This document shows, piece after piece, positions 37,501 to 47,750 of a DNA stretch of 64,000 bases (the first letter of the stretch is position 1; each line of letters opens with the position of its first letter). The stretch covers positions 124,001-188,000 of the forward strand of contig CP158635.1 in assembly GCA_050273025.1 (NCBI GenBank), read 5' to 3'. Position numbers and translations under genes: made by a program. The notes beneath the pieces are model-generated. The model saw only the letters and a list, made by a program, of their open reading frames with translations. It searched no databases and was not told the origin of the DNA. This stretch comes from Cenococcum geophilum. Taxonomy: Eukaryota.

Positions 37501-39478
37501 CTTTATTAAGTGCCGAAGTAGTTTACTGTCCTACTTTTCTTACGTCTCATAAAGCGATAGATATTATATTTAGTGGGGTCTTAATCCTAACTAATATTCC
37601 CTATTCTATAGTGGAATTATCCTCTACCTTTAGTATAACATTTTAGAGGTCTGTATGCTCCTAGTAAGCTGCTCTTATTACCTTATTATCATGAAATATT
37701 TCGCCTTTATTAAACTTATTGTCCTTAATATCCGATCTGCGAACTGGTTTATTAGTTCCTCTATACTCTATAGATTTTGGCTCCTATAGCCAATAGCTTG
37801 CGCCGTACTTAGCGTCCTTATAAATTCGGTATGCGTTGTTATAACAAAACGTAAAACTCCTAATTGAACATTCCTTTGTTCCTTATAGTATACTATTATC
37901 CCTCTATATATATATATCTTCTACTAGTTAGGTTCCCTTTATTATATAATAACTCTAACTATCTTTATAATCCCTCGCGAAATAACCCTATTTCCCGTAA
38001 TTTATATAAGCTCCGTTTTTAAACCATTAACTTTGCTATAAAGTCCGCCTAAACGTCTTCTGCTACTAAGATCCCTAGTTTAGCCTCTGCTCCTTAGTCC
38101 TATAATTACTAGATCCTTAACCTCTAGGTTTTTATAGTTTCCTACTCCATCTCTTATAGGCTTCTTTAGTACCACTTAGGTCTATTAGCTCTGCGCTATA
38201 CCATAGTTTTTAATTTAGCTTTAGTTATTGCGTGCTCTGCGCCTTATACGACTATAAAACTCTATCCTAACCCTTCTTAGTCTATTCCCTTTAGTAAATC
38301 CAGTTATTAATCTTAATTACTTAATCTATTAGTTCCCTTAGGGTGTCCGTATCTTCCATTAGGATAATTACGTCCTAGACTTTAGCCTTAAGTCCTTATT
38401 TATACTATACCATAAGCGCCCTATTATTCCACTCTACTTACATTACTAGCGTTTAAAACTGCGTTGTATATTTAATTGCTAAGGTTCGTTATATAATGTT
38501 TTAGAGTTTTCTTTCCACTATAGTTGTTAATTCCAGGTCTCTAAATATTTACACAAGTTGTTCCGTAAACCCTTCCTAGCTTAAGAATATAAATCGCATA
38601 TCTTAATTAGTGGTTATTATTCCGTTTACCTATATCTCCATAAGGTAAGGCTTAAACTATTTAAGTGCTCTTCCTAACAAGAATAGGCCTGCGTAGGCTA
38701 TTTAATTCATAGGTATTGGTAACTTTGCCCCTTCTTGTGTGACTTTAAAGTGCATTTACGTAAGGAATCCTTTAAGCTTTAATCTTTCTTCTAAGTACCT
38801 TTTAATTAATAGTAGCTTGATCCTTGCCACACCTATCCTATTAACCCTTTCTTCTATTACTGCATTATTAGCTATTAACTAGTTAACTATCTCTTATAAC
38901 TGTCCGACCGTTATAGGTTGCTATAAGTTAGTATCTACCATATTGGTGTCACCTAACCTTAAAGTAGTTGCTGCCGTTAATAGCGTTATAGTAGCTACTT
39001 TTAGTGGCATGTTGTTTAACTTTCTATACTTATTACCGTAACTAGGTAGTAATTGTATAACGGAACCTTGTAGCAGGTACTACGATAGGCTCATTATTAG
39101 GCTAGGTATATAGGTAAAGCAAGTTAAAGTTAACAATGTAATAATAACTGGTGAAGTAGTTGCCTAATAGATTAACTCTAATTGTATTCTAAGAATTACT
39201 ATAAGGAAGGAACTATCTAGGTAGGGACTAAGGGTCCTTAAATACACGACCATACTCCTATAAAATCCTTCTTATACGTAATGTACGTCTTATATATAAG
39301 GTACGTAAGTTCCTCCCGTTCCTCTCGTTTAATATATAGCACATTATATAACCTCGGCTACTATTCCTCGTCACATAGTTCTACCGGCTCCATTCTGGAC
39401 CGTGCCTAAATTAACCAACTAGCTTCTTCCGACTCTTCTCTAAGTAGTCGTAGCATTATACTTAAAGCGTTTATAATA
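31554..39478 (-). mobile_element. Full-length Gypsy family D, copy 1 (gag, long linker, protease, RT, RNaseH, integrase, chromodomain)
   Basis: 423-bp LTRs at 31554-31976 and 39056-39478, TSD TATAA, PPT at ~31977-31992. Protease DSGA ~35935, RT VYLDDIIIY ~34965-34990, chromodomain KVKWIGY...TWEP ~32745-32790. Confidence 0.95.
32085..32754 (+). pseudogene. Antisense accessory ORF in the Gypsy D 3' region: Cys6 zinc-finger-like motif plus coiled coil, probable intron ~32312-32397
   Basis: De-RIP reading MPKAISS..RRARTVAAILSLGDIMPSPCSRCSKEG.IC.TL...QPSSCSECTKANI..SCDV, then a helical segment ARIAASA.LLRL.KV.KKVR.KEQKLVEQGLQEL. Confidence 0.6.
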
Positions 39479-39811
39479 TATAAGGCTCTATATAAAGCTC
39501 TATATAAAGCTCTATATAAAGCTCTATACGAAGCTCTATATAAAGCTCTATATAAAGCTCTATACAAAGTTCTATATAAAGCTCTATATAAAGCTCTATA
39601 TAAAGCTCTACGTATAGAGGCTTTATATAAGGCTTTACGCGAAGCTTTGCGTATAGAGGCTCTACGCGAAGCTCTGTATTAGGTCCCCGCTATATTCCCA
39701 ATAACCTCTATACATACCTTTACTAAGTATACCCCCTATATATACCTAGGTAGCCACCTTATTTTTTACCCTTCTTTATATCCTCCCTACCTAGGAAGAC
39801 ACCAAAATAAT

Positions 39812-40075
39812 AGCTAGTAGATAACTATTACTAGAGCTAAACGACCGTTATAGAAGCTAGACAACTATTGCTAGAGCTAGACAACCGTCACTAGTGCTAA
39901 ATAACTGTCGTTAAAGCTAAACAACCGTCGCCAGAGCTAGATAACTATCACTAGAGCTAAACAACCGTCGTTAGAGCTAGACAACTATTGCCATTACTAG
40001 ATAACCATCAGAGCTAGATAACCGTCGCTAGAGCTATATAACCGCTGCTAAAGCTATATAATAACCGTTTAAACG
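39812..40075. repeat. ~21-bp tandem repeat (gagctagacaaccgtcgcta-like, ~12 units)
   Basis: Periodicity directly visible. Confidence 0.85.
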
Positions 40076-40130
40076 ACTAGCTAGCAAATATAAACGATTT
40101 AATTAATTAATCGAATTAAGGTAACATAAA

Positions 40131-40340
40131 CAGGTAGGCATAGATAGGTAGGTATAGATAGACAAATAGATAAATAGATAGATAAACAGATAGATAGATA
40201 GATAGGTAGATAGATAGGTAGGTAAGTAAATAGGTAAGTAGGTAGGTAGGTAGATAGGTAGGTAGGTAGGTAGGCAGGTAGGCAAGTAGGTAGGCAGGTA
40301 GGTAGGTAGGTAGGTAGGTAGATAGGTAGGTAGGTAGATA
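40131..40340. repeat. Tetranucleotide microsatellite (TAGA/TAGG/CAGG)n
   Basis: Directly visible. Confidence 0.9.
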
Positions 40341-40770
40341 ATTTAGAGCCTCTATAAGAGGCTTCCCCCTTAATGCCTAAAGTAGATAGCTCTATATTTT
40401 ATATAGTTATAATATAAATATATTAAAAAGTATATTATAGAAATCTATAGGAATATATAATAATTTGGTTATTATATAATATAATAATAATTTATATAGT
40501 TACAATTTATACAGTTCGTACAGTTTATACAGTTTATATAGTTCGTACAGTTTACGCGCTATTTATTTATAGGGTAGCAAAAAGCTAGAATTAGTTTAGT
40601 AGTTAAGCGTTTTGCTGCAATTTGCTAGTAAATGCTGCAATTTTGTTACAAAACGCGCGGTTTGCGCGAATCGCTAATAACTATATACAACTACCTAAAT
40701 CGCATAGTTTGCAGTAAATTACCGCAATTTGCAATAACGTGTCTAAAAAGAAAATTCCTAATAAGGTATC

Positions 40771-42382
40771 TGTACTAGGGTTAAATATTTAGGTATTCTG
40801 GAGTTTAAATAAAGTTTAATTAGTACTATATACGGCAGTATAGCTAGTTGGGGTTTTAAAAGGTAGGGTTTTAGAATTAAAATTAATTATAGATTCTGTG
40901 CTCTTTTAATTATCCTTCTTTACCCCTTATTTTTTAATCTATTTAACAATGCGTTTAATCTAAGGTGTAGATAAGATCTTTTTATCTACTTCCTTTTGGA
41001 TATTTAGGTTTAGTTTCTATCCTTAAGGGCGATTATACTTAACAATATAGTAGTAGTTATTAAATTAATATATAAGGCTGTATACGCATTCCTTATACCA
41101 TTTTAAATTAGAATTAGAATTAGAATTAGAATTAGAATTGTTTTAAAGGGTTATAAAGGTAGAGTTATTAGTAGTAGAGGTAGAGGATGCTTACTATATA
41201 TGGTAGTGCTCCTTAAATTCCTTAATAAGATTGATAATAGATAGGACGTCTTCGTCCTTCTATTTTTTTTTTAATAAGGTCTACTTCTAGTGCTCCTATA
41301 AAACTAGAAGAGATAGGTTTAATTACTTAAACGAAATTATAGTGTGGCCTAAATCTCTATATATCCGGTAGCTCTAATTACTCCGTAAGCTTATAGACGT
41401 TCCGCTAGCTATTTAACTATTTATTAATGCTTTACTTTTTATTATAGGCTCTTAAAGCCGTGTATTAATTAAAGACATTATACTTTTAACTAAGGAGGTA
41501 GGGGCAAGTGCAGTCTTTAATGCTTAAAGCCGTTCGTGCACCGTATTAAGGCCGTTAATAAGTAAAATGTAAGCTATTAATATAGTACGAATGATATAGT
41601 TGCTAATATTGTTTATAGCTTATTTTTACTTCTTATATACGCGTAGATTATCCTTATATTTGGCGTAGAGCTAGTTATAGGTAGTAAGCTTAATTTGGTC
41701 TAGTTAAGCTATTAATATAGTATTAGGAAGTACGTCTACTAATATAGGTCGATGCGGTAGTTCTAGCTTTAGAAGCTTATCTTTTGTATATAGGTCGATG
41801 TATTACTATACCTCGTTGGTTTTGGCTATGTCTTAGATAATAAAGAACCATTAAGTCTAATCGGATGGCTAGTTGAGGATGAGGTTGACTTTTGATTCGT
41901 TCATAGTCGTTATTTTTAGAATTTGTGGGGTTAGGTAGGGTTTAATTGGTGGCTTGGCGAAAACCTTATTTTAACGTTCCGAACTCTTGATTTGATTTGT
42001 CAGTTCGTTTGTCGGTCGGGTACGGTTGTCGGTCGAGGTCGATCGTCCGTTTGTTTGGTAGGTGAAGAAGTTTAAGACACTTGCAAAGGTGATAGAAGTA
42101 GTGACTTCTTAAATGAGGTAGTAGCTTGATTACTTAGCAGGTAGTGTAATCCGGGCTTATAACTGTAAGCTTTGCAGTGTAGGAGAATTGAGTGAACGAC
42201 TTAATTCTAAATCTATGGAAATCGAGTGATATAAATACATAAAATAGGTGGCAAAAGGCTGATGACGACGATGTACCATTGCAGCTGAAACGATGTATAA
42301 TTGCAGCTGAATGATGTACAATTGTAGCTGAAAACAAGGGTGGTGAGTCATAAGGTAATGCGAGCCTCGGTAGTCGGTTACA
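40771..42382 (-). mobile_element. Truncated Copia element: 5' LTR 42164-42382, PBS-like motif, gag from ATG 41904 to the protease motif
   Basis: Minus strand TG...CA segment followed by GTTATAAGCCCGG, similar to the Copia PBS GGTTATGAGCCC. De-RIP MNESKVNLILNQPSDWTQWFFIIQD.AKTNEVWQYIDP (Copia gag N-terminus) and WIFDPGTD protease-like motif at ~40770-40795. No partner LTR in the window. Confidence 0.75.
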
Positions 42383-42793
42383 AATGCTAACGCCACTCAT
42401 TGCTACTCAGGTGGGGACTGGAGCAGCGCTCAACAATGGGAAGTGTGGAAAGAAGCCACGAAATTGCAAAGTAGAATTTCATTCCATCAAGGCCGGACAA
42501 GACGAAATCATGCACAGGCTGCGAACCTCCAATCCCTCATCGCGGCCGCACGTGTTGCGGACGCACCGCCTTACAGCGCTATTCTCCTCGAGCTCGCACG
42601 CATACTGCAACTCAATACGCAGAATGACTGTGATACTGTCAATCGAGCATTAGCCGTTTTGCGCCGGGCACTGGAGTGTAGTTTGTATATCGCTGAGAAG
42701 TTATTATGCGCCCCCACTCGTTATCCAAACGCCTCATCGTGTAGGGCTGCCGAGGGGCAAGCACCTAAGCTAAGCTGCAGAGTTCCATAACAC

Positions 42794-43744
42794 TTATACT
42801 ATATCATAGAGGCACCGTACCTGCTCTAGTAGCCCGCCCGTCCCATTAAATTGATTTACTGACACCTTGACCCACAACGTGCCTTCGATTCTTGGATTTG
42901 CGATGCGTTTGTCCACAATTCCTGGTATAGCATCGACCATTCGAAAGCCGCATTCCCTGATTCTCCGGGCCGCAGCATTCACAAAGTACCGCGGCGGTTG
43001 ATTGATTTGGGGCTGGGAGCACCATATTGGAGAGCATGTTTCCTTGCCACTCGACGACGGTGTCGAGCAGGATTCTCCGCACGAAGACGACTGGTCATAG
43101 CAATCCGATAGCCACCCATGAATGACGCCGTAGAGAGTGCCGTCTGCGCTTGCAAAGTGCTGATTATGTGCTGGGTTCATGTATGTGCATCTGTAAGCAC
43201 CCACAGAAGGCACTACCGATACAAGGGCTAGGATCGATATGGTTGCAGCGTTGAGGAGAGGTGTTCGGATTCCAATCCCCCTCCGGCGCTCGACGGTACG
43301 TAGTTTGGATAGCTTTTCAGTTGCGGAGTACATGACCAGGAAGATGGGCCATGCTGCAAGGCTGAGGATATAAAGACTCCTCAACCAGAATCTTTTCCAC
43401 CACAAAGCGTCGGACCTGTAGATTTCTCCAACAGATATGAGGCACTCTAAGGGGTAACGATCGGCCCACGTCCACATCTTACTAGCGTCACATACCACCC
43501 CAGATATATTCACTTTCCTCGTCATTTGGCAGGCTGCCGCAATGCTCTCCACATCTAGGCAGTCGTTGCAACCGTCGTAGCAAACCCCATATGCTTCGTC
43601 GCGAGCCATGTTGACCCAATGATCCAATCCTTCGGTAATGTGCGCGTTTGTGACTAGATGGTTGATGAAAAGAGCCCAGACAACGATGAACAGAATAGCA
43701 GCGGAGCTAGCGACGAGAGCTGATGTGGAACAATATCCGGGCAT
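42794..43744 (-). CDS. Hypothetical 316-aa membrane protein, 3 predicted TM segments and two Cys-rich extracytoplasmic domains
   Basis: Intact ATG-to-TAA ORF in GC-balanced, non-RIP DNA. Hydrophobic segments at ~aa 9-30, 121-140 and 163-183. 6 Cys in loop 1 and 8 Cys in the C-terminal domain. Confidence 0.85.
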   Translation of the reverse strand: MPGYCSTSALVASSAAILFIVVWALFINHLVTNAHITEGLDHWVNMARDEAYGVCYDGCNDCLDVESIAAACQMTRKVNISGVVCDASKMWTWADRYPLECLISVGEIYRSDALWWKRFWLRSLYILSLAAWPIFLVMYSATEKLSKLRTVERRRGIGIRTPLLNAATISILALVSVVPSVGAYRCTYMNPAHNQHFASADGTLYGVIHGWLSDCYDQSSSCGESCSTPSSSGKETCSPIWCSQPQINQPPRYFVNAAARRIRECGFRMVDAIPGIVDKRIANPRIEGTLWVKVSVNQFNGTGGLLEQVRCLYDIV

Positions 43745-44402
43745 GTTTGGTGTCTAGGGAAGATGAGGAGGATTGTGGTGTTTTCAGTCTTCCCTTGGTG
43801 GGGAATATGAGGATGAAAGTGAAGTGATTTGAGTATAAAGCGGAGTGAAGTGAGGCGGAAGTGAAGGGATGCGGCGCCCGCAGCTGTGTTTGCTTGGCAC
43901 AGCCCTGTGATATATAATTGTGTATGGGCGCACAGACGCGCGATCAATCCGTGTTAGTGGCGAACGCCCTCTGCAGAACCAGCGTGGAAAGGCAGTTTGT
44001 GTCTTCAAAGGAGAAGATACCGTTTCTAGGATGTGATGTTGATGTCGAAGTCAAAGTGCGGCTGAGGAGGGAGGTATTGACGAGCTGTGCTCCCAATAGA
44101 GAGTTTTAGCCCGCAAACACAGGAAACTATCTCTGCGCGACTGATGCCCAGGGACGACCAGTACCAACAGATCACGCTGAATTGTCGCATCCATTGGCTG
44201 AAAGCTGGGCAGCAAACCTTTTGTTCATAATACTCAGTGCGTCCCCCAAATCTCTCATCTAGGTGCTCGCTCGCTTGTCTGAACTTTCAGCCATCGGCAG
44301 GATTACTTGTCGATATGCGCTTCCTGTGCACCTCTCTCGCCACTGCATCAAAACGCACATAAGTCCACGCAGGGGTATCAGAATTGACTCCTTTTGCACG
44401 CA
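43745..44402. promoter_or_regulatory. Putative bidirectional promoter region (658 bp)
   Basis: Lies between two divergent start codons. TATA-like tatata at ~43910 and a pyrimidine-rich leader on the minus strand upstream of the 316-aa ATG. Confidence 0.5.
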
Positions 44403-46694
44403 ATGGCGACGTCTAATTTTCAATTTGGTGCCGCGATAAACCTGGACGCCGTACAGGCTGTACAGAGCATCTGGGGTACGGCTGTCGCAGTCTTCAATTT
44501 CTTTAGCAAGTCCAGCATGCAGCCTTCGGCTGTTGTATACGCGGCAAACTGCAGTATCGTCGGCGGAGAGTCAGAAGGCTGGAAGCTAACTCTCCAGTCT
44601 CTCTCTCTCCGGTCCACGACTGGAACAGTGATTGGCACGCTTCGCATTGGGTATCCTGGCTCCGGCTTTCTGCCTCACCTGGTGAACACCCAATTTGGAC
44701 CTCGATGGCTCGGAATTCTGGCGGCTTTGGCCATCGCCACAACAGAACACCAGGGAGCACGAGAGCTTCACCGCCTACTAAAGGCCATCGCGAACGCCAA
44801 GACGACACAATATCTCCTGGACGAAGAGCAGACCGAAAAGATGTGGCTCATGGGAAGAGAGCTGTTTCTCGCGTCGCCTGTCCAGATAGAATTTCAATCC
44901 ATCGTATCCCGATGCCAACAATCTAGCAAGACCAACCTTGTCAGCGCGGCATATCCGGATTCATCAACTGAGTCTTTCACTCCTATGATGTCTGCCTGTT
45001 TTCGGGCGTGGGAGATGGCCAATTCCATGCACAAGAATCAACAGCAATATCTCGGCGCGAAGATACACATACAAGGCTCGAACGGATTTGGGCAGCTTAT
45101 ACTCTATCTGACCGTAGTGTGCGGCTTCCGGGTTACCGCTCGCCTTGACCAGAATGACGTCGAATTCGGAGATGAGAATAGTCCAACAAATGTTGTGGTT
45201 GTATTTGATCGAGAAGTGGGCTCCAAGTGGCAAACAGGATATCTGATGGACAATCATTCGATTGAAGAATCTGTGCAACACTGGCTGGGCGGCGACCGGG
45301 AGTCTAGCATGGTCTTGTGGAGGCCAGGAGCATCTGCCTTCGCGCCGGTTCACCCTGGCCTTTACTCTTGCTCTACTGAGACTATAGAAGCCAACAACAG
45401 CATCAACCTCGTGGGCCTGACTTCCCTGAAGAAGCAACTATGGGAGACGGGAAACGGCATGTACGTCAGCATGTGGCTTATGAATTATTTACACACCATC
45501 ATCCGAAATACACAGCTCCTTGCCATACATAGGTCACTAGGTTCCCAAGCATCGGTATCTGCGGAGGAGATAAGGACGCCATCTCGAGACCGAGCCCTAG
45601 CGGGTCGTTTGCGTATCGCTCTTACTGTCTTCAACCCCGACTTAATTGACCCAGAGCACATCAACCTTCTATTCAAGAGAATAGCAGACGACGAATCCCC
45701 GACTCCGCTTAGCCCCCTACCTAAGTCTTTGCCGAAGGAAAAATCAAAATTGCTTTGCGACTGCGAAGCGCATGCTTCGCCTATGGCGGTATGCAAGTTT
45801 TTACACATCTCCATGATGCTGGAGGAATTTGCGTGGAAGATTTGGATTTGCGCCCATTTGGACATCAAGTCGCACGCGCTTCTTCGGGATATGGGGCCAA
45901 TCACCGAATGGAATGTAATGAACCAGCTCGGCATGATGAGTGGTGGGTACGAAATGATTCCAGCAGTCATTCCCACACAGACTTTATTATCCTGTGTCGC
46001 TACCAGGCTTGCCGGGAGACTTTTTAATATCAACGACGAGAATATCATGGGCCTTGCTGCAGGTGGTGCAGTTTCGGGGCTTAGGAGCAACGAGGACAAG
46101 TCGTTGCTTACCGATCCGGGGTACTGTCTGTACACGGTGCCTGGCTCCATGGAAACTCCCCAGAGGCGTGTTAAGGAAATGTACCAGTTCCGTTTTGCCG
46201 GCTCAGGGTTTGGGAGATGGAGCAATGCGATGGAGTTAAGCGATGTCCAACGTCCTATAGACAAGTTTGGGTCTTGCCAGTTCGAGCATGTTGTTGACGT
46301 CCTCGGAGACAAGGCCACAATTCAAACCTCGGTGAGGGTCGGAGAGAAGAGTATAGGCGTCGATATTATCAAGGCGATTAATTCGGCAGCTACCGTTCGC
46401 TTCTGGGATGGCTGCTTAGGAAAATGTGCTCAGGGCTGCCTGACGGAGGCAGAAATACGACAAGTCCAGGTTGCTGACGGAACCAACTACGGGAGCCTTG
46501 TTCAACTTGCGGGCCCGAACCAAAAGGAATTACCCAAGCTGACCGTGGTTCTGGCCCATAACAACCTAGTTATTGAGAGAGCAGTGGTGTCGCACCAAAC
46601 CAGGAAGGACGTTTGCATGATTCAGCGTGGAGACTGCACTCACTGTGCTGTTCGGGCGGCTCTAATTGAAGGGGCTAAGGTGCTATTAGACTAG
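44403..46694 (+). CDS. Hypothetical 763-aa protein, apparently intronless, with Cys/His clusters
   Basis: 2.3-kb uninterrupted ORF in GC-balanced DNA. First ATG at 44403 in good context (gcaATGG); the track start 44394 is TTG. Clusters CDCEAH..C, CLGKCAQGC and CMIQRGDCTHC. Confidence 0.9.
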   Translation: MATSNFQFGAAINLDAVQAVQSIWGTAVAVFNFFSKSSMQPSAVVYAANCSIVGGESEGWKLTLQSLSLRSTTGTVIGTLRIGYPGSGFLPHLVNTQFGPRWLGILAALAIATTEHQGARELHRLLKAIANAKTTQYLLDEEQTEKMWLMGRELFLASPVQIEFQSIVSRCQQSSKTNLVSAAYPDSSTESFTPMMSACFRAWEMANSMHKNQQQYLGAKIHIQGSNGFGQLILYLTVVCGFRVTARLDQNDVEFGDENSPTNVVVVFDREVGSKWQTGYLMDNHSIEESVQHWLGGDRESSMVLWRPGASAFAPVHPGLYSCSTETIEANNSINLVGLTSLKKQLWETGNGMYVSMWLMNYLHTIIRNTQLLAIHRSLGSQASVSAEEIRTPSRDRALAGRLRIALTVFNPDLIDPEHINLLFKRIADDESPTPLSPLPKSLPKEKSKLLCDCEAHASPMAVCKFLHISMMLEEFAWKIWICAHLDIKSHALLRDMGPITEWNVMNQLGMMSGGYEMIPAVIPTQTLLSCVATRLAGRLFNINDENIMGLAAGGAVSGLRSNEDKSLLTDPGYCLYTVPGSMETPQRRVKEMYQFRFAGSGFGRWSNAMELSDVQRPIDKFGSCQFEHVVDVLGDKATIQTSVRVGEKSIGVDIIKAINSAATVRFWDGCLGKCAQGCLTEAEIRQVQVADGTNYGSLVQLAGPNQKELPKLTVVLAHNNLVIERAVVSHQTRKDVCMIQRGDCTHCAVRAALIEGAKVLLD

Positions 46695-47199
46695 AGAGAA
46701 ATGCTGTGAAAGAGAGCCAATTGGTTCTGGCTGTACTATTGGGATTAGAGCAGAGTGGTCCGAAGAACGGTCATTCCTTTACGACGAAGCTACATGTAGC
46801 CGGCAGCGATACTGTATCTCGTACTAGTAAACTAGCTATTTAATCGACTACCTCGCTACGCGAGGTGGCGTCTTGCTGTTTGTAACGTTAGGCCGCCTTC
46901 ACGTGACAATCACATGATGTATATTCACATATATTGGTATTGACTGCCCGGCTGATCCTCGGTCAGCCGGAAAATCACGTATTTAGCCAGCCACCTAGAG
47001 CAGATACGCGTATTAAGGGCCACCTACTAATTAAGCTGCTAATTAACGTCGACTATAGGGTAATTAGGGCTATTAGGGCCCTAAGTATATATAAAAAAGT
47101 TCTCCCTACCTAATTCTTAATTACGGCAGCACGTCTACTATTATACCTACTATATAAAATAGCGCTAACTAACTATATAGAGATTAATATTACTAATAA

Positions 47200-47750
47200 T
47201 ACTAAATTATACGCTAATATATAGTATATCCTTGCCCTTATATATACTATAAGGCCTAAAAATATATTTATAATATATAATTTAAAGTAAAAGGAGTTTA
47301 AGGTTATACCCCCCCCCCTTTAAAAGTATCGCGGCCTATAGCTAACGCGTTATTAGCTTTAGGCCTTTTATAAACGGAAGTAGTATTATAATAGTAATAC
47401 TATTATAAAGGATAAGCTACTTTTCTTCTTTATTAAGGAGGTTATAAGCTAGCCCTTAACAGGGAAGAGCTATAAAGCTAATATTAATATACCATAAGAG
47501 AAGACGCGGCTCTTATAGCGGTTAGTTTATAGTTATATTACTACTTTAATAAACCTCTATTAGATATAAAAAGCTATAAAAATAAACAGCTAATAAACGA
47601 GAAGCAAGAAAGCTCTATAGAGTAAGTATTAAATTAAGTAAAATATTCTTTAGTTTTACGAGCGTTAGATAGAGCTTATACTAGGTAAAATAATAGTTAC
47701 CTTTATTACTTATCTAACGTAATATATTTAAAGAGTTAGAGACACTTAAG
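47200..47750 (+). pseudogene. Crypton-like (tyrosine-recombinase transposon) N-terminal fragment, RIP-degraded
   Basis: De-RIP RPKNT...Y.PKQKEFK [GT..AG intron ~47303-47362] AFC.RKQY.DGDTVT.DKLLFFFVEEV..RPL...SVRSYVTAL.DLY..QKA.G.NS, which resembles the N-terminus of fungal Crypton proteins as I recall it. Confidence 0.65.

Larger units (their letters stand above)
31288..39680. repeat. 12-bp minisatellite (AAAGCTCTATAT, ancestral GAAGCTCTRCGC) split by the Gypsy D insertion (31288-31553 and 39479-39680)
   Basis: Tandem units directly visible. Less-mutated units such as gaagctttgcgt and gaggctctacgc at ~39640-39670. Confidence 0.9.
31106..40766. mobile_element. Putative non-autonomous TIR DNA transposon (~1.7 kb without the nested Gypsy)
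   Basis: Imperfect ~35-bp terminal inverted repeats at 31106-31140 and 40731-40766. TATC on both outer sides. Sub-terminal gcaatttgc/gcaaattgc motifs at both ends. Interior is mostly tandem repeats. Confidence 0.6.

Noticed and set aside
40103..40285. 60-aa YLPT/YLSI ORF
   Set aside because: Translation of a tetranucleotide microsatellite.
42384..42790. 89-aa and 115-aa + strand ORFs between the Copia LTR and the 316-aa gene
   Set aside because: Short and mutually overlapping, one starts at GTG, no motif; probably the 3' flank of the 316-aa gene, though a small gene cannot be excluded.
45485..46318. 277-aa antisense ORF, and the other short ORFs overlapping the two genes
   Set aside because: Fully contained in the antisense or alternative frames of a longer ORF and lacking recognisable features; typical shadow ORFs.
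46948..47000. Helitron 3' end (hairpin followed by CTAG)
   Set aside because: The CTAG is ~25 bp from the hairpin and not followed by T; no Rep/helicase remnant or 5' TC end was identified.
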